Program-made: the position numbers and the translations under genes
NCBI GenBank assembly: GCA_039593785.1
Contig: JBCNOR010000001.1
Coordinates: 1-32,064, forward strand
Length of the DNA stretch: 32,064 nucleotides
Source of the DNA: Niabella sp.
GTDB taxonomy: Bacteria > Bacteroidota > Bacteroidia > Chitinophagales > Chitinophagaceae
Direction: 5' to 3'
Notes under the pieces: model-generated
Database searches by the model: none
What the model was told of the DNA's origin: nothing
What the model saw: the letters and a program-made list of their open reading frames with translations, nothing else
Shown: positions 9,072 through 17,901 of the stretch, one piece after another
Numbering within the stretch: the stretch's first letter is position 1
Layout: each line of letters starts with the position of its first letter

Positions 9072-9079
9072 CAAAGCTA
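9072..9079 (-). promoter_or_regulatory. -7 promoter element TAGCTTTG for the EamA gene
   Basis: TAnnTTTG only 7 nt upstream of the ATG at 9064. Confidence 0.6.
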
Positions 9080-9145
9080 GTCGTTTTTAAAAATAAGGCG
9101 AAATAATCACTTCTTAAAGGTTCGCAGTATTAACGCCCCTTTGCT

Positions 9146-9153
9146 TATTTTTG
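9146..9153 (+). promoter_or_regulatory. -7 promoter element TATTTTTG for the arcA-ctlX genes
   Basis: TAnnTTTG upstream of the ATG at 9191. Confidence 0.55.
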
Positions 9154-9190
9154 GGGGGAGCGGGCAAACTCATTTGCTCGCCCTACAGTT

Positions 9191-10630
9191 ATGCAGGAAC
9201 AAAAAATAAATGTCAGCTCAGAAACAGGCTCATTAAAAAGACTTTTAGTACATAGCCCCGATAGTGGATTAGGCAAAGTTGTACCTTCGAAGGCACAGGA
9301 CTGGCTTTTTGAAGATATTGTACACCTGGAAACAATCAGGCGAAAAGAATATGACTATTACACCAAACTATTACTCTACTTTCTCGATCCGGAAAAAATA
9401 AAAGGCCGGTTAGCCGAAATAGATGACAAGAAAAATGATCACAATTTTTTCAAGCCATCCAGCAAACATTTTTATCAATCAACCAATGTGATAGAAATTG
9501 AGTGGTTACTGGCGCAGATATTGGAAAATAGCGAAATCCGCTCCAAACTGGTTGCCTCAGTTTGTGCTATCGAAAACTGCTCTTATAAGATACAGGATGA
9601 ATTAATGAATGAAGAGGCGCATAGCCTTGCCAATGTTTTTATTACCGGTACTTATAAGGATACTGAAATGCTCTTCCCGCCTGTACCCAACTTTATTTTC
9701 ACCAGGGATATCGGCATCGTTATCAACGACCATATTCTTTTAAATAAGCCGGCCAAGCAGGCCCGTACGAGAGAGGCCCTGCTGATGAAATACATATTCT
9801 TTAACCACCCGCTCTTTAAAAATTACCGGGATAATATTATTGAGCTACCAGAAAGCCCTCAGCAGTTTTTACTGCCGGCAGATTCGGAAGACAAGCTGGT
9901 TACCCTGGAGGGCGGCGACATTATGGTAGTAAGCCCGGAGCATGTACTGATAGGTGTGAGCGAACGAACCTCCATGGAGGCTGCCCATATTGCTATTAAA
10001 ACATTATTTGAAAAAAATGTTGTAAAGAAAATATCGGTTATTAAGATCCCCAAAAAGAGGGACTATATGCACATAGATACCATCTTCACACAGGTGAAAA
10101 AAAACATGTGGGTAATGCTGGGGAAGTTTTCAAGAAAACATGTAAAAAAAGAAGATGCAGATGATATACAGAAGGCGCTGGACACAAGAAAGAAAGATGA
10201 AAGCATCAGCATCATCCAGTTTAAAAAAAAGGACATTGGCAATCCTGTTTATTTCGACACACTTGAAGACCTTTTAATCGATATCAGCAAAAATGATTTA
10301 CAGTGTGAGGATAAAGTAAAATTTATATACTCAGGCAATAACGAGTTCCCTTTTGATGTACGTGAGCAATGGACAGATAGCTGCAATTTACTGGCACTTA
10401 AAGACGGCGTTGTTGTAGGCTACGACCGAAACGACAAAACCCTGCAGGCCTTTGTTAAAGCAGGGTTTAAAACTATCCCGGTAAAAGAGTTGTTACAGCA
10501 ATTAGAATCGGACACTATCACTATTAAAGACATTAAGAATACGTTTATTGTTATGCCCTCTGCAGAGCTATCAAGAGCCCGCGGCGGCTTCCACTGCATG
10601 AGTATGCCTTTACTAAGAGACGAAATATAG
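9191..10630 (+). CDS. arcA: Arginine deiminase family protein
   Basis: SETGSLKRLLVHSP, PNFIFTRD, LEGGD, MHIDT, ELSRARGGFHCMSMPL (catalytic Asp/His/Cys). Confidence 0.88.
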   Translation: MQEQKINVSSETGSLKRLLVHSPDSGLGKVVPSKAQDWLFEDIVHLETIRRKEYDYYTKLLLYFLDPEKIKGRLAEIDDKKNDHNFFKPSSKHFYQSTNVIEIEWLLAQILENSEIRSKLVASVCAIENCSYKIQDELMNEEAHSLANVFITGTYKDTEMLFPPVPNFIFTRDIGIVINDHILLNKPAKQARTREALLMKYIFFNHPLFKNYRDNIIELPESPQQFLLPADSEDKLVTLEGGDIMVVSPEHVLIGVSERTSMEAAHIAIKTLFEKNVVKKISVIKIPKKRDYMHIDTIFTQVKKNMWVMLGKFSRKHVKKEDADDIQKALDTRKKDESISIIQFKKKDIGNPVYFDTLEDLLIDISKNDLQCEDKVKFIYSGNNEFPFDVREQWTDSCNLLALKDGVVVGYDRNDKTLQAFVKAGFKTIPVKELLQQLESDTITIKDIKNTFIVMPSAELSRARGGFHCMSMPLLRDEI

Positions 10631-10693
10631 TAACAGCTCCTGCTAACAAAATATCATCACCATCTACGATACACTAATACCTTTCAATAAATA

Positions 10694-11614
10694 ATGACCA
10701 CGTCTACACTATTAATGATTCGTCCCGCAGCATTTGCGTTCAATCCGCAGACTGCAGTTAATAATAGTTTTCAAAAAATCAACGAACAACTTCATGTACA
10801 TGAAAAAGCCTTACTGGAATTCGACAACTTTGTCAATATACTAAACGTTTATGGCATTAAGGTTTTCGTCATCCAGGATACTTTGGAACCACATACGCCG
10901 GATTCTGTATTTCCCAATAACTGGGTATCTTTTCACGAGGATGGAACCGTTGTCCTTTATCCGATGTTTGCCGATAATCGGAAACTGGAGCGCAATAAGA
11001 ATATCCTGGAAAAATTAAATGACACCTTCTTTATCCGATCCACTATAGACCTGACCGAATATGAACAAAAAAATGCTTACCTGGAAGGCACCGGCAGCAT
11101 GGTGCTGGATAGAGATCATGAAATAGCTTATGCCTGCCTGTCTCCCCGGACTAATGCCTCCGTATTGTACGATTTTTGCGATTCGATAGGTTATAGCCCC
11201 GTATTATTTAATGCTGTTGATGAAAATGATAAGGAAATTTATCATACCAATGTAATGATGTGCATGGCTGACTCTTATGTTGTGGTTTGCTTCCAAAGCA
11301 TCAAAGACCAGCTACAAAGACAAATGCTGGCTGATAAATTTAAAGAAACCGGAAAGGAAATCATTGAAATCACCCTGCAGCAAATGAATCATTTTGCCGG
11401 CAATATGTTGCAGGTTGAAAATATCGCCGGCAACCAGTTTCTGATCATGTCTACGCAGGCTTATAATAGCTTAACCGAAGAGCAGATTAATCTTTTGACG
11501 TCATTTAACCCCATCATTCATTCATCGCTTCATACCATTGAGCAAAATGGCGGAGGAAGTGCACGCTGTATGATGGCTGAAATATTCCTGCCCTTAAAAA
11601 CTGAAAATTCTTAA
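10694..11614 (+). CDS. ctlX: Citrulline utilization hydrolase CtlX (amidinotransferase/pentein superfamily)
   Basis: LMIRP, TPDSVFPNNW, LEGTGS, YHTNVMM, GGGSARCM motifs. Confidence 0.82.
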   Translation: MTTSTLLMIRPAAFAFNPQTAVNNSFQKINEQLHVHEKALLEFDNFVNILNVYGIKVFVIQDTLEPHTPDSVFPNNWVSFHEDGTVVLYPMFADNRKLERNKNILEKLNDTFFIRSTIDLTEYEQKNAYLEGTGSMVLDRDHEIAYACLSPRTNASVLYDFCDSIGYSPVLFNAVDENDKEIYHTNVMMCMADSYVVVCFQSIKDQLQRQMLADKFKETGKEIIEITLQQMNHFAGNMLQVENIAGNQFLIMSTQAYNSLTEEQINLLTSFNPIIHSSLHTIEQNGGGSARCMMAEIFLPLKTENS

Positions 11615-11617
11615 GCA

Positions 11618-12214
11618 ATGATGATGTATATGCGCTTTCTCCTTCTTTTCTTATTGATTGGCGCCAATTGTATAGCACAACAGTCTTACAAAGACAGTAT
11701 CCAGGCATTTGTTGACGACTACAAGTTGAATCATGGCGTGGTAAAAAACGGGGACAAGCAATACCTGCAGTTCTTCCCGATAGATGAAAAAGCCAGGATA
11801 AAAGCCCATTTTGAACCAGTTAAAAATGCCGAATGGTTTAGCCTGCCTACGTCCAGTGGCCGAACTAAAATGTACAGGCAATACGGAAAGCTTAGTTTTC
11901 TTTACGAGGGCTCGATGCAGGTTTTATATGTTTATCAGTCACAGGCATTGTTGCAGGATCCCAAACATATGGATCATCTCTTTTTACCCTTCACTGATCT
12001 CACTACAGGGAAAGAGTCTTACGAAACGGGGAGATATATTGACCTCGCTGTTTCCGATATAAAAGGCAGCCAGATAACAGTTGACTTCAACAAGTCCTAC
12101 AACCCTTATTGCGCCTATGTTACGGGCATTTATAGTTGTCCTATCCCACCCAAAGAAAACAGGCTCAAGGTAGCTATCAGGGCTGGCGAGAAAAAATATA
12201 TAAAAGAACATTAG
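11618..12214 (+). CDS. DUF1684 family secreted protein
   Basis: FLPFTDLTTGKESYETGRYID and DFNKSYNPYCAY...CPIPPKENRL; signal peptide. The exact start among ATGs at 11618-11630 is uncertain. Confidence 0.85.
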   Translation: MMMYMRFLLLFLLIGANCIAQQSYKDSIQAFVDDYKLNHGVVKNGDKQYLQFFPIDEKARIKAHFEPVKNAEWFSLPTSSGRTKMYRQYGKLSFLYEGSMQVLYVYQSQALLQDPKHMDHLFLPFTDLTTGKESYETGRYIDLAVSDIKGSQITVDFNKSYNPYCAYVTGIYSCPIPPKENRLKVAIRAGEKKYIKEH

Positions 12215-12292
12215 TGATGATTTAGAAAGCATATCCGCTTCATCAATCTGGTGTAGCGCTGCGCTTTCCTTCCCCCTTCGTCATCTTATATA

Positions 12293-13180
12293 CTAACGCA
12301 AAGCCTCTCTCAACCCTTCGTTGAAACTTACCGGCTCATATTTCAGTTCGTTTATAGCTTTATTAATATCTAATCCGCCCTTTAAGGGTCGCTGCGCCAG
12401 CTCTTTCAATTCGTCTTTTGTTACCGGGCTCAACAAATGATCGGGTATACCAAGATAAGCGGCTACAGCCTCCGACATCGCAAAAGGTGTTAATACATCT
12501 TTACCTGCAATATGAAATACACCTTCTGCCCTTTGTTTCACAATAGCTGCAATACCATTGGCAAGATCGGCTACATACGTAGGTGTTCTTAACTGATCGT
12601 TCACCACTTTAAACGGCTGTTTGGTTTTGATTTTCTCAGCAATCATGGTTATGAAATTGCCACGGCCGTATAAGGGTTTGCCATACACGAAAGAGGTACG
12701 CACTATAGCCCAGCCATGCTGGTACTCCATTACTGCCTCTTCAGCATCCATCTTGGTTTTGCCATAGTAGCTTACGGGGGCGGGTTTATCATCTTCTTTA
12801 TACATCCCTTTTTCGCCATCAAAAATAAAATCAGTTGACAGGTAAATAAAGAAGGATTTACAGGTCTCCGCATTTAATAATAACTGCACCGTTCCAAACA
12901 CATTTGTATCAAAAGCATCTGCCTGCTTTAATTCGCAATCGTCTGGCTTGCTCATTGCACCACTATGCACCACTACATCGGGCTGCACAAACTCAAAGGC
13001 ATCATGCAAAGAAAAAGGATCAGAAAAATCAACCTGGATAAAGCGATAATTTTTATTCGTGTTGAATGATGACAAGTCCCCTGTGCGGGAAGAAGCAAAC
13101 ACTTCATGCCCATCGGCCAACAATTGCGCCACTACATAACTACCAACAAAGCCATTAGCTCCTGTTACAAATACTTTCAT
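12293..13180 (-). CDS. dTDP-4-dehydrorhamnose reductase-like SDR oxidoreductase (RmlD family)
   Basis: TGANGFVG, STDFIFDG, YGKTK, DQLRTPTY motifs. Orphan, with no rml cluster nearby. Confidence 0.85.
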   Translation of the reverse strand: MKVFVTGANGFVGSYVVAQLLADGHEVFASSRTGDLSSFNTNKNYRFIQVDFSDPFSLHDAFEFVQPDVVVHSGAMSKPDDCELKQADAFDTNVFGTVQLLLNAETCKSFFIYLSTDFIFDGEKGMYKEDDKPAPVSYYGKTKMDAEEAVMEYQHGWAIVRTSFVYGKPLYGRGNFITMIAEKIKTKQPFKVVNDQLRTPTYVADLANGIAAIVKQRAEGVFHIAGKDVLTPFAMSEAVAAYLGIPDHLLSPVTKDELKELAQRPLKGGLDINKAINELKYEPVSFNEGLREALR

Positions 13181-13302
13181 ATCAATTCGTTAAAGCGTAA
13201 ATAGTAAAATTCTTTTAACAGATATTATATCGCTAAAATAGAATTCCTTTCGTTTCATTGCACAAATTTTTAAACCCTGACCTACCATTAAAACCCTTAC
13301 AC

Positions 13303-13329
13303 AAAAAAACTCCGGCTTTGACCGGAGTT
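13303..13329 (-). terminator. Intrinsic terminator of the sigma factor gene
   Basis: AACTCCGG/CCGGAGTT stem followed by a U-tract on the minus strand. Confidence 0.85.
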
Positions 13330-13355
13330 CTTTAATATTTGTAGGCTGATCAATC

Positions 13356-14213
13356 TTAACCTAAGTAAGATTTCAAAGCACTGCTATACCTTGCTTTTTG
13401 CAGGCGCTTGATCGCACGCTCCTTGATTTGACGGATACGCTCTTTGGTTAAATCATATTTCTGACCAATTTGCTCGATGGTAACGCCATTCTCGCCATCT
13501 AAACCGAAATAAGCATTTACAATTTCTGCTTCACGGGGAGAAAGTGATTTTAACACGCGACGGATCTCATTACGTAAAGAATCTTTCATTACATCATCAT
13601 CTGTATCCGAACCGCCCTCAAGCAGATCTCCCATGGCCACATCTTCTGCTTCATGCACAGGTGCATCAAGAGAGGTGTGACGGGTATTGCTCTGGAAAAT
13701 ATTATTGATCTCGGTTTCGCTCATTTCCAGTAATTCAGAAAGCTCTTCAGTAGAAGGCTCCCTTTCATGCTCCTGTTCAAAAGCCATGTAAGCCTTATTG
13801 GCTTTGTTGTAAGTACCGATTTTATTCTGAGGTAAACGAACCAGGCGACCCTGTTCAGCCAAAGCCTGTAAAATACTTTGACGGATCCACCATACCGCGT
13901 AAGAAATGAACTTAAAACCTTTTGTTTCATCGAAACGCTGAGCGGCTTTGATCAAACCTAAGTTGCCTTCGTTGATCAGATCACTCAGGGATAAACCCTG
14001 GTGCTGGTACTGTTTCGCAACAGAAACCACGAAACGCAGGTTGGCCTGTACGAGCTTATCCAAAGCACGCTGGTCACCCATTTTTATTTTTTGAGCAAGA
14101 GTAGTCTCTTCCTCTGGTGTGATCATAGATATTTTAGAGATCTCCTGAAGGTATTTTTCAACCGCCTGTGAATCCCTGTTGGTAATCTGAGTAGCAATTT
14201 TGAGCTGACGCAT
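13356..14213 (-). CDS. rpoD: Primary RNA polymerase sigma-70 factor, short Bacteroidota type lacking region 1.1
   Basis: MRQLKI start, ANLRFVVSVAKQY, DLINEGNLGL, FISYAVWWIRQSI, LTKERIRQIKE. Confidence 0.92.
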   Translation of the reverse strand: MRQLKIATQITNRDSQAVEKYLQEISKISMITPEEETTLAQKIKMGDQRALDKLVQANLRFVVSVAKQYQHQGLSLSDLINEGNLGLIKAAQRFDETKGFKFISYAVWWIRQSILQALAEQGRLVRLPQNKIGTYNKANKAYMAFEQEHEREPSTEELSELLEMSETEINNIFQSNTRHTSLDAPVHEAEDVAMGDLLEGGSDTDDDVMKDSLRNEIRRVLKSLSPREAEIVNAYFGLDGENGVTIEQIGQKYDLTKERIRQIKERAIKRLQKARYSSALKSYLG

Positions 14214-14279
14214 ATTTTAATTGAATCTCCTTTTGGTAACTTTAGTGTAGGATTGTACCTAAATATAAATAATAACTTG

Positions 14280-14287
14280 CAAAAATA
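14280..14287 (-). promoter_or_regulatory. -7 promoter element TATTTTTG for rpoD
   Basis: TAnnTTTG followed by C, 66 nt upstream of the ATG. Confidence 0.6.
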
Positions 14288-14383
14288 CGCAGAAATTAGA
14301 AGAAAATCAACAGGTATTAGCTAACATATTCTAAAATCTGCCGATAATCCTATAAATTCTTCGCTTTACTATATTATAACGTA

Positions 14384-15670
14384 TTAAACAGTGGTTGGTT
14401 GGGTCTTTTTGTAATTTGTTCGGGCGAAAATAATCATGGCAATACCGCCAAGCATAATGGCAAAAGATATCAACTGAGCCTGAGTCATTTCAATTCCGAG
14501 AAAATGCATTTTTACATTTACACGGATACGCTCAATCATAAAACGCTCCAACCCGTTAAATACCAGGTAAATGCCAAATAATAGTCCCGGTATTTTAATT
14601 TTCTTACGAAGCATCCATAATATGCCGAATAAAATAAGACATACGATGATTTCATATAAAGAAGTGGGGAACACAGGAACCGGTAAATGATTGCAATACT
14701 GAAGATCTGCACAATTAGCCAGTCTCACACCGGTTTCATTAACATTATGAGGGAAATCATAGGCGAAAAACCAGTCCGGAAGAAAGCTCAGGAAGCCTGG
14801 TTTTGAAAAAAAAGTGTGATGTGTATCATGGCGGGCAAAAAATTCGGCATTCGCACTAACAGCCGCTTCAAAATCTCCCTGCGCGGCAGGCAAAATGCCT
14901 CCATTGGGTGTTGTTTTAAAGGCTGCATTGTAAATTCCCCAGTCTCCGTCTCCCGAAACCTGGCAGCCTATTCTACCCAGGCCATAGGCCAGCATCATTA
15001 CCGGGCCCATTACATCCACAAAATGAATAAAAGGAATTTTATGCTTGCGGGTGAACCACCAAAGCGCTATACCAGCCAAAATTAAGCCGCCGTAAAAAGT
15101 CAGGCCCGATGCGGAAAATATAGAAGAAGGATCTTTAATGAAAGAATCCCAGTTTTCGAAGGTATCAAATATTTTAGCACCTACCAGTCCGAATATCAGG
15201 GCGATCATAGTAATCTCTCCCACCCTGTCATGAGGCCATACACGAATCGTTCTTGTTTCGGGCTTGGCCAGTTTTTGCTTATTTTTCTCCCGCCACTTCA
15301 TTGCAGCGAAAACAATTCCTAACGCTATACCAGCCAGCCAGTTACCTTGCGATGAAAAAATGTAATCCTGGGGATTTACAGTGAGCGAGTTTTTTAAAAA
15401 AGCCAGGCCCAATATCTTATACCCTAATATAAAGCCTAATATAAAATTAGTGGCCAGCTCACTTATTGATGCAGGTTGTCCTACCGTAATAGTTTCCTCG
15501 GTTGGCTGAAAAATGCCCTCTTTACTTTTTCTTCTCAGCTCTTTTGCCAATACAAAAGAGCAAACGATAAAACCTATCGCTACAAAAAAACCAAAAGAAT
15601 TTACAAAATGTAAAAACTTCCATTCAACACCAAACCAGTCCCGGAAAACATAATATAAATTAGGATACAT
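14384..15670 (-). CDS. lgt: Prolipoprotein diacylglyceryl transferase family, long Bacteroidota form
   Basis: GLTFYGGL, GRIGC, PTSLYE, ERFMIERIR motifs. Start moved from the track's TTG at 15700 to the ATG at 15670 (MYPNLYY). Confidence 0.88.
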   Translation of the reverse strand: MYPNLYYVFRDWFGVEWKFLHFVNSFGFFVAIGFIVCSFVLAKELRRKSKEGIFQPTEETITVGQPASISELATNFILGFILGYKILGLAFLKNSLTVNPQDYIFSSQGNWLAGIALGIVFAAMKWREKNKQKLAKPETRTIRVWPHDRVGEITMIALIFGLVGAKIFDTFENWDSFIKDPSSIFSASGLTFYGGLILAGIALWWFTRKHKIPFIHFVDVMGPVMMLAYGLGRIGCQVSGDGDWGIYNAAFKTTPNGGILPAAQGDFEAAVSANAEFFARHDTHHTFFSKPGFLSFLPDWFFAYDFPHNVNETGVRLANCADLQYCNHLPVPVFPTSLYEIIVCLILFGILWMLRKKIKIPGLLFGIYLVFNGLERFMIERIRVNVKMHFLGIEMTQAQLISFAIMLGGIAMIIFARTNYKKTQPTTV

Positions 15671-15790
15671 GCAGCAGGTAATTAATTTTATTTGCGGCAA
15701 TATTACGATAAATTAAGGGTAAAAGCTGATAACTTAAACACCTGCCTGACAGAAGTGAGGATTCATCATATTTCAATGACACATTCTTTC

Positions 15791-15826
15791 AAGAAAAAGG
15801 GATGCACTTTTATAAAGCACATCCCC
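15791..15826 (-). terminator. Intrinsic terminator of the bacilliredoxin gene
   Basis: Minus strand GGGATGTGCTTT-ATA-AAAGTGCATCCC (two GU pairs) then TTTTTCTT. Confidence 0.8.
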
Positions 15827-15858
15827 GTAAACTATTATACTTACTAACCAACTAAGTT

Positions 15859-16275
15859 TTAGCTGCAATATTCGTCAAAGGCAGCCAGCAAATTCTGGGC
15901 GATCATTTGCGCTGAGCGGCCTTCGATCATATGTCTTTCGATAAAATGCACCAGTTTACCGTCTTTAAACAATGCAATAGACGGAGAAGATGGAGGATAA
16001 GGCAAAAGATGCTCACGCACTTGCTTTACCGCATCAAGGTCAAAACCTGCAAAGCTTGTAGTTAAATGATCAGGCTTTTTCTCTGCATTGGCTACGGCCA
16101 TTAATACGCCAGGTCTTGCCGTACCTGCCGAACAACCGCATACCGAGTTAATCACTAAAAGATTAGTACCACCCTGGGCAAGGCTGGCATTTACCTCTTC
16201 GGGAGTTTGCAATTCCACAAACCCGTTATCTGTTAATTCCTCTTTCATAGGAACCACTATTTCTGCAGGATACAT
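15859..16275 (-). CDS. BrxA/BrxB family bacilliredoxin (DUF1094)
   Basis: NSVCGCSAGTARP, PPSSPSIALFKDG, IERHMIEG motifs. Confidence 0.92.
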   Translation of the reverse strand: MYPAEIVVPMKEELTDNGFVELQTPEEVNASLAQGGTNLLVINSVCGCSAGTARPGVLMAVANAEKKPDHLTTSFAGFDLDAVKQVREHLLPYPPSSPSIALFKDGKLVHFIERHMIEGRSAQMIAQNLLAAFDEYCS

Positions 16276-16318
16276 ATCGCTGTTTTAAATTTTGATTAAT
16301 TATTGACTTATTTTAACA

Positions 16319-16326
16319 CAAAAGTA
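16319..16326 (-). promoter_or_regulatory. -7 promoter element TACTTTTG for the bacilliredoxin gene
   Basis: TAnnTTTG 43 nt upstream of the ATG. Confidence 0.6.
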
Positions 16327-16475
16327 GATAAAAAGTTTTTTGCTTGCCGAACAACAGGCTTACTTCTACCCCTATATTGGATTATCAAAATATTAGGAGT
16401 CAGCTATTTCCATTAAAAAATATTAAATTTATGACATTCAATATTTTTTAACTTATCATCTTAAACACTTTAAAC

Positions 16476-17189
16476 ATGAAAATTTCTGGCAGTTCCAAAT
16501 TTATCGCCGAGATCATCGGCACTATGGTGCTTGTATTAATGGGATGCGGCAGCGCAGTAATAGCCGGCGCCGATGGCACAACCGGGGTTGGCTTATTGGG
16601 TATCTCTTTTGCTTTTGGATTAAGTGTAGTAGCTATGGCCTATGCAATCGGGCATATTTCCGGATGTCATATTAACCCGGCCATTTCTATTGCAATGGTT
16701 ATTGCCGGACGTATGAAAGCAGCTGAAGCAGCCTCCTACATCGCAGCTCAGATCATAGGTGCGCTCCTGGGAGCAGGCCTGCTTTACCTGATTGCAAGCG
16801 GTAAGGCAGACTACGCGGGCGGCCTGGGACAAAACGGTTACGGCGATTTCTCTCCCCAAAAATATAACCTTACCAGCGGCTTCGTAGCGGAAGTAATTTT
16901 TACTTTCATTTTCTTACTGGTGATATTAGGGTCCACTTCCAGTAAAAATATAAATGGGGGGTTTGCCGGACTGAGTATAGGATTAAGCCTGGTTTTAATT
17001 CATATTGTGGGCATCCCCGTAACAGGAGTATCGGTAAACCCGGCGCGTAGCATTGGTCCGGCGGTTTTTGTAGGCGGAAACGCTCTTGAGCAGGTATGGC
17101 TATTTATAGTAGCCCCTATAGCCGGAGCAATCCTGGCAGCCATGGTATGGAATACATTAATAGAAAAGAGAGAAATAATCACAAATTAA
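16476..17189 (+). CDS. aqpZ: Aquaporin Z (MIP family)
   Basis: HISGCHINPA and VSVNPARS (two NPA motifs), six TM segments. Confidence 0.93.
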   Translation: MKISGSSKFIAEIIGTMVLVLMGCGSAVIAGADGTTGVGLLGISFAFGLSVVAMAYAIGHISGCHINPAISIAMVIAGRMKAAEAASYIAAQIIGALLGAGLLYLIASGKADYAGGLGQNGYGDFSPQKYNLTSGFVAEVIFTFIFLLVILGSTSSKNINGGFAGLSIGLSLVLIHIVGIPVTGVSVNPARSIGPAVFVGGNALEQVWLFIVAPIAGAILAAMVWNTLIEKREIITN

Positions 17190-17308
17190 GACATTGTGTC
17201 ATTAACAATTTAAATAAACTGCAGAAATGTCGTAAAAATTATGTTGGTCTGTATTTTGAATATTGCGTAACCGTAATAAAAATCATTAAAAAATTTAAAT
17301 CTAATACA

Positions 17309-17755
17309 ATGACAAACGTAAAATTCAACGGCGTTCCTTTTGAAAGAACTTTTACCAGCCTGGTAGATGATTTCTTTACCGAAATTCCGGGTTTATTAAA
17401 AACCGAGGTGGCCAAACCTAATATCAAAGGACATGTGCCTGTAAATATTACCGAGCATGAAAATGAATATGAGATTGAAGTAGTGGCTCCGGGCTATGAT
17501 AAAAGCGACTTTAAGATTAAGGTAGAGAATAATATTCTGACCATTTCAGCGGAAAAGCAGGCGGAAGAGCAAAAAGAAAACGGTAAGTCTATCCGTAAAG
17601 AATTTCAACTGCGCTCCTTCAAAAGAACCTTTACTATTGATAATAAAATAGATAGTGAAAAGATCAGTGCGCGTTTTGTTAATGGAATCTTAATAGTAAC
17701 ATTACAGCGCAAGGAAGAAGCTAAAGCAGCGTCAAAAGATATAGAAGTACAATAA
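17309..17755 (+). CDS. Hsp20/alpha-crystallin small heat shock protein
   Basis: PVNITE, VVAPGYDK, SFKRTFT, NGILIVTL. Start moved to the ATG at 17309 (148 aa). Confidence 0.92.
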   Translation: MTNVKFNGVPFERTFTSLVDDFFTEIPGLLKTEVAKPNIKGHVPVNITEHENEYEIEVVAPGYDKSDFKIKVENNILTISAEKQAEEQKENGKSIRKEFQLRSFKRTFTIDNKIDSEKISARFVNGILIVTLQRKEEAKAASKDIEVQ

Positions 17756-17788
17756 CAAGTTTTTCTCATAAGCAGTTAGTTTTGGTTT

Positions 17789-17822
17789 AAACCCTTCGTT
17801 TCCACGAAGGGTTTTTCTTTTT
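17789..17822 (+). terminator. Intrinsic terminator after hsp20
   Basis: AAACCCTTCGT-TTCC-ACGAAGGGTTT followed by a T-rich tract. Confidence 0.9.
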
Positions 17823-17866
17823 ATAATCTAACCGTAACCAATACCCGCTTTTCGCCGTCTTATGCG

Positions 17867-17874
17867 TAAATTTG
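17867..17874 (+). promoter_or_regulatory. -7 promoter element TAAATTTG
   Basis: TAnnTTTG followed by C, upstream of the ATG at 17902. Confidence 0.6.
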
Positions 17875-17901
17875 CGTTTATTGAAAATTCAAGTCCCTGA
17901 T

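Noticed and set aside
13356-14213. Short sigma-70 as a truncated rpoD or an rpoS
   Set aside because: Lack of region 1.1 is normal for the Bacteroidota primary sigma factor.
15671-15700. TTG start extension of lgt (likewise kduD 25502-25528)
   Set aside because: These are non-ATG longest-ORF artefacts; downstream ATGs match family N-termini.
15859-16275. Bacilliredoxin outside Firmicutes as a novelty
   Set aside because: Bacillithiol-related genes, including Brx, are already known in Bacteroidota.
17096-17308. Track start for a 219-aa Hsp20
   Set aside because: It overlaps aqpZ and AT-rich intergenic DNA; the ATG at 17309 gives a normal-length sHsp.
17872-17901. TTG start for the Ig-like protein
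   Set aside because: The TTG lies inside the TAAATTTG promoter motif; the ATG at 17902 begins a clean signal peptide.
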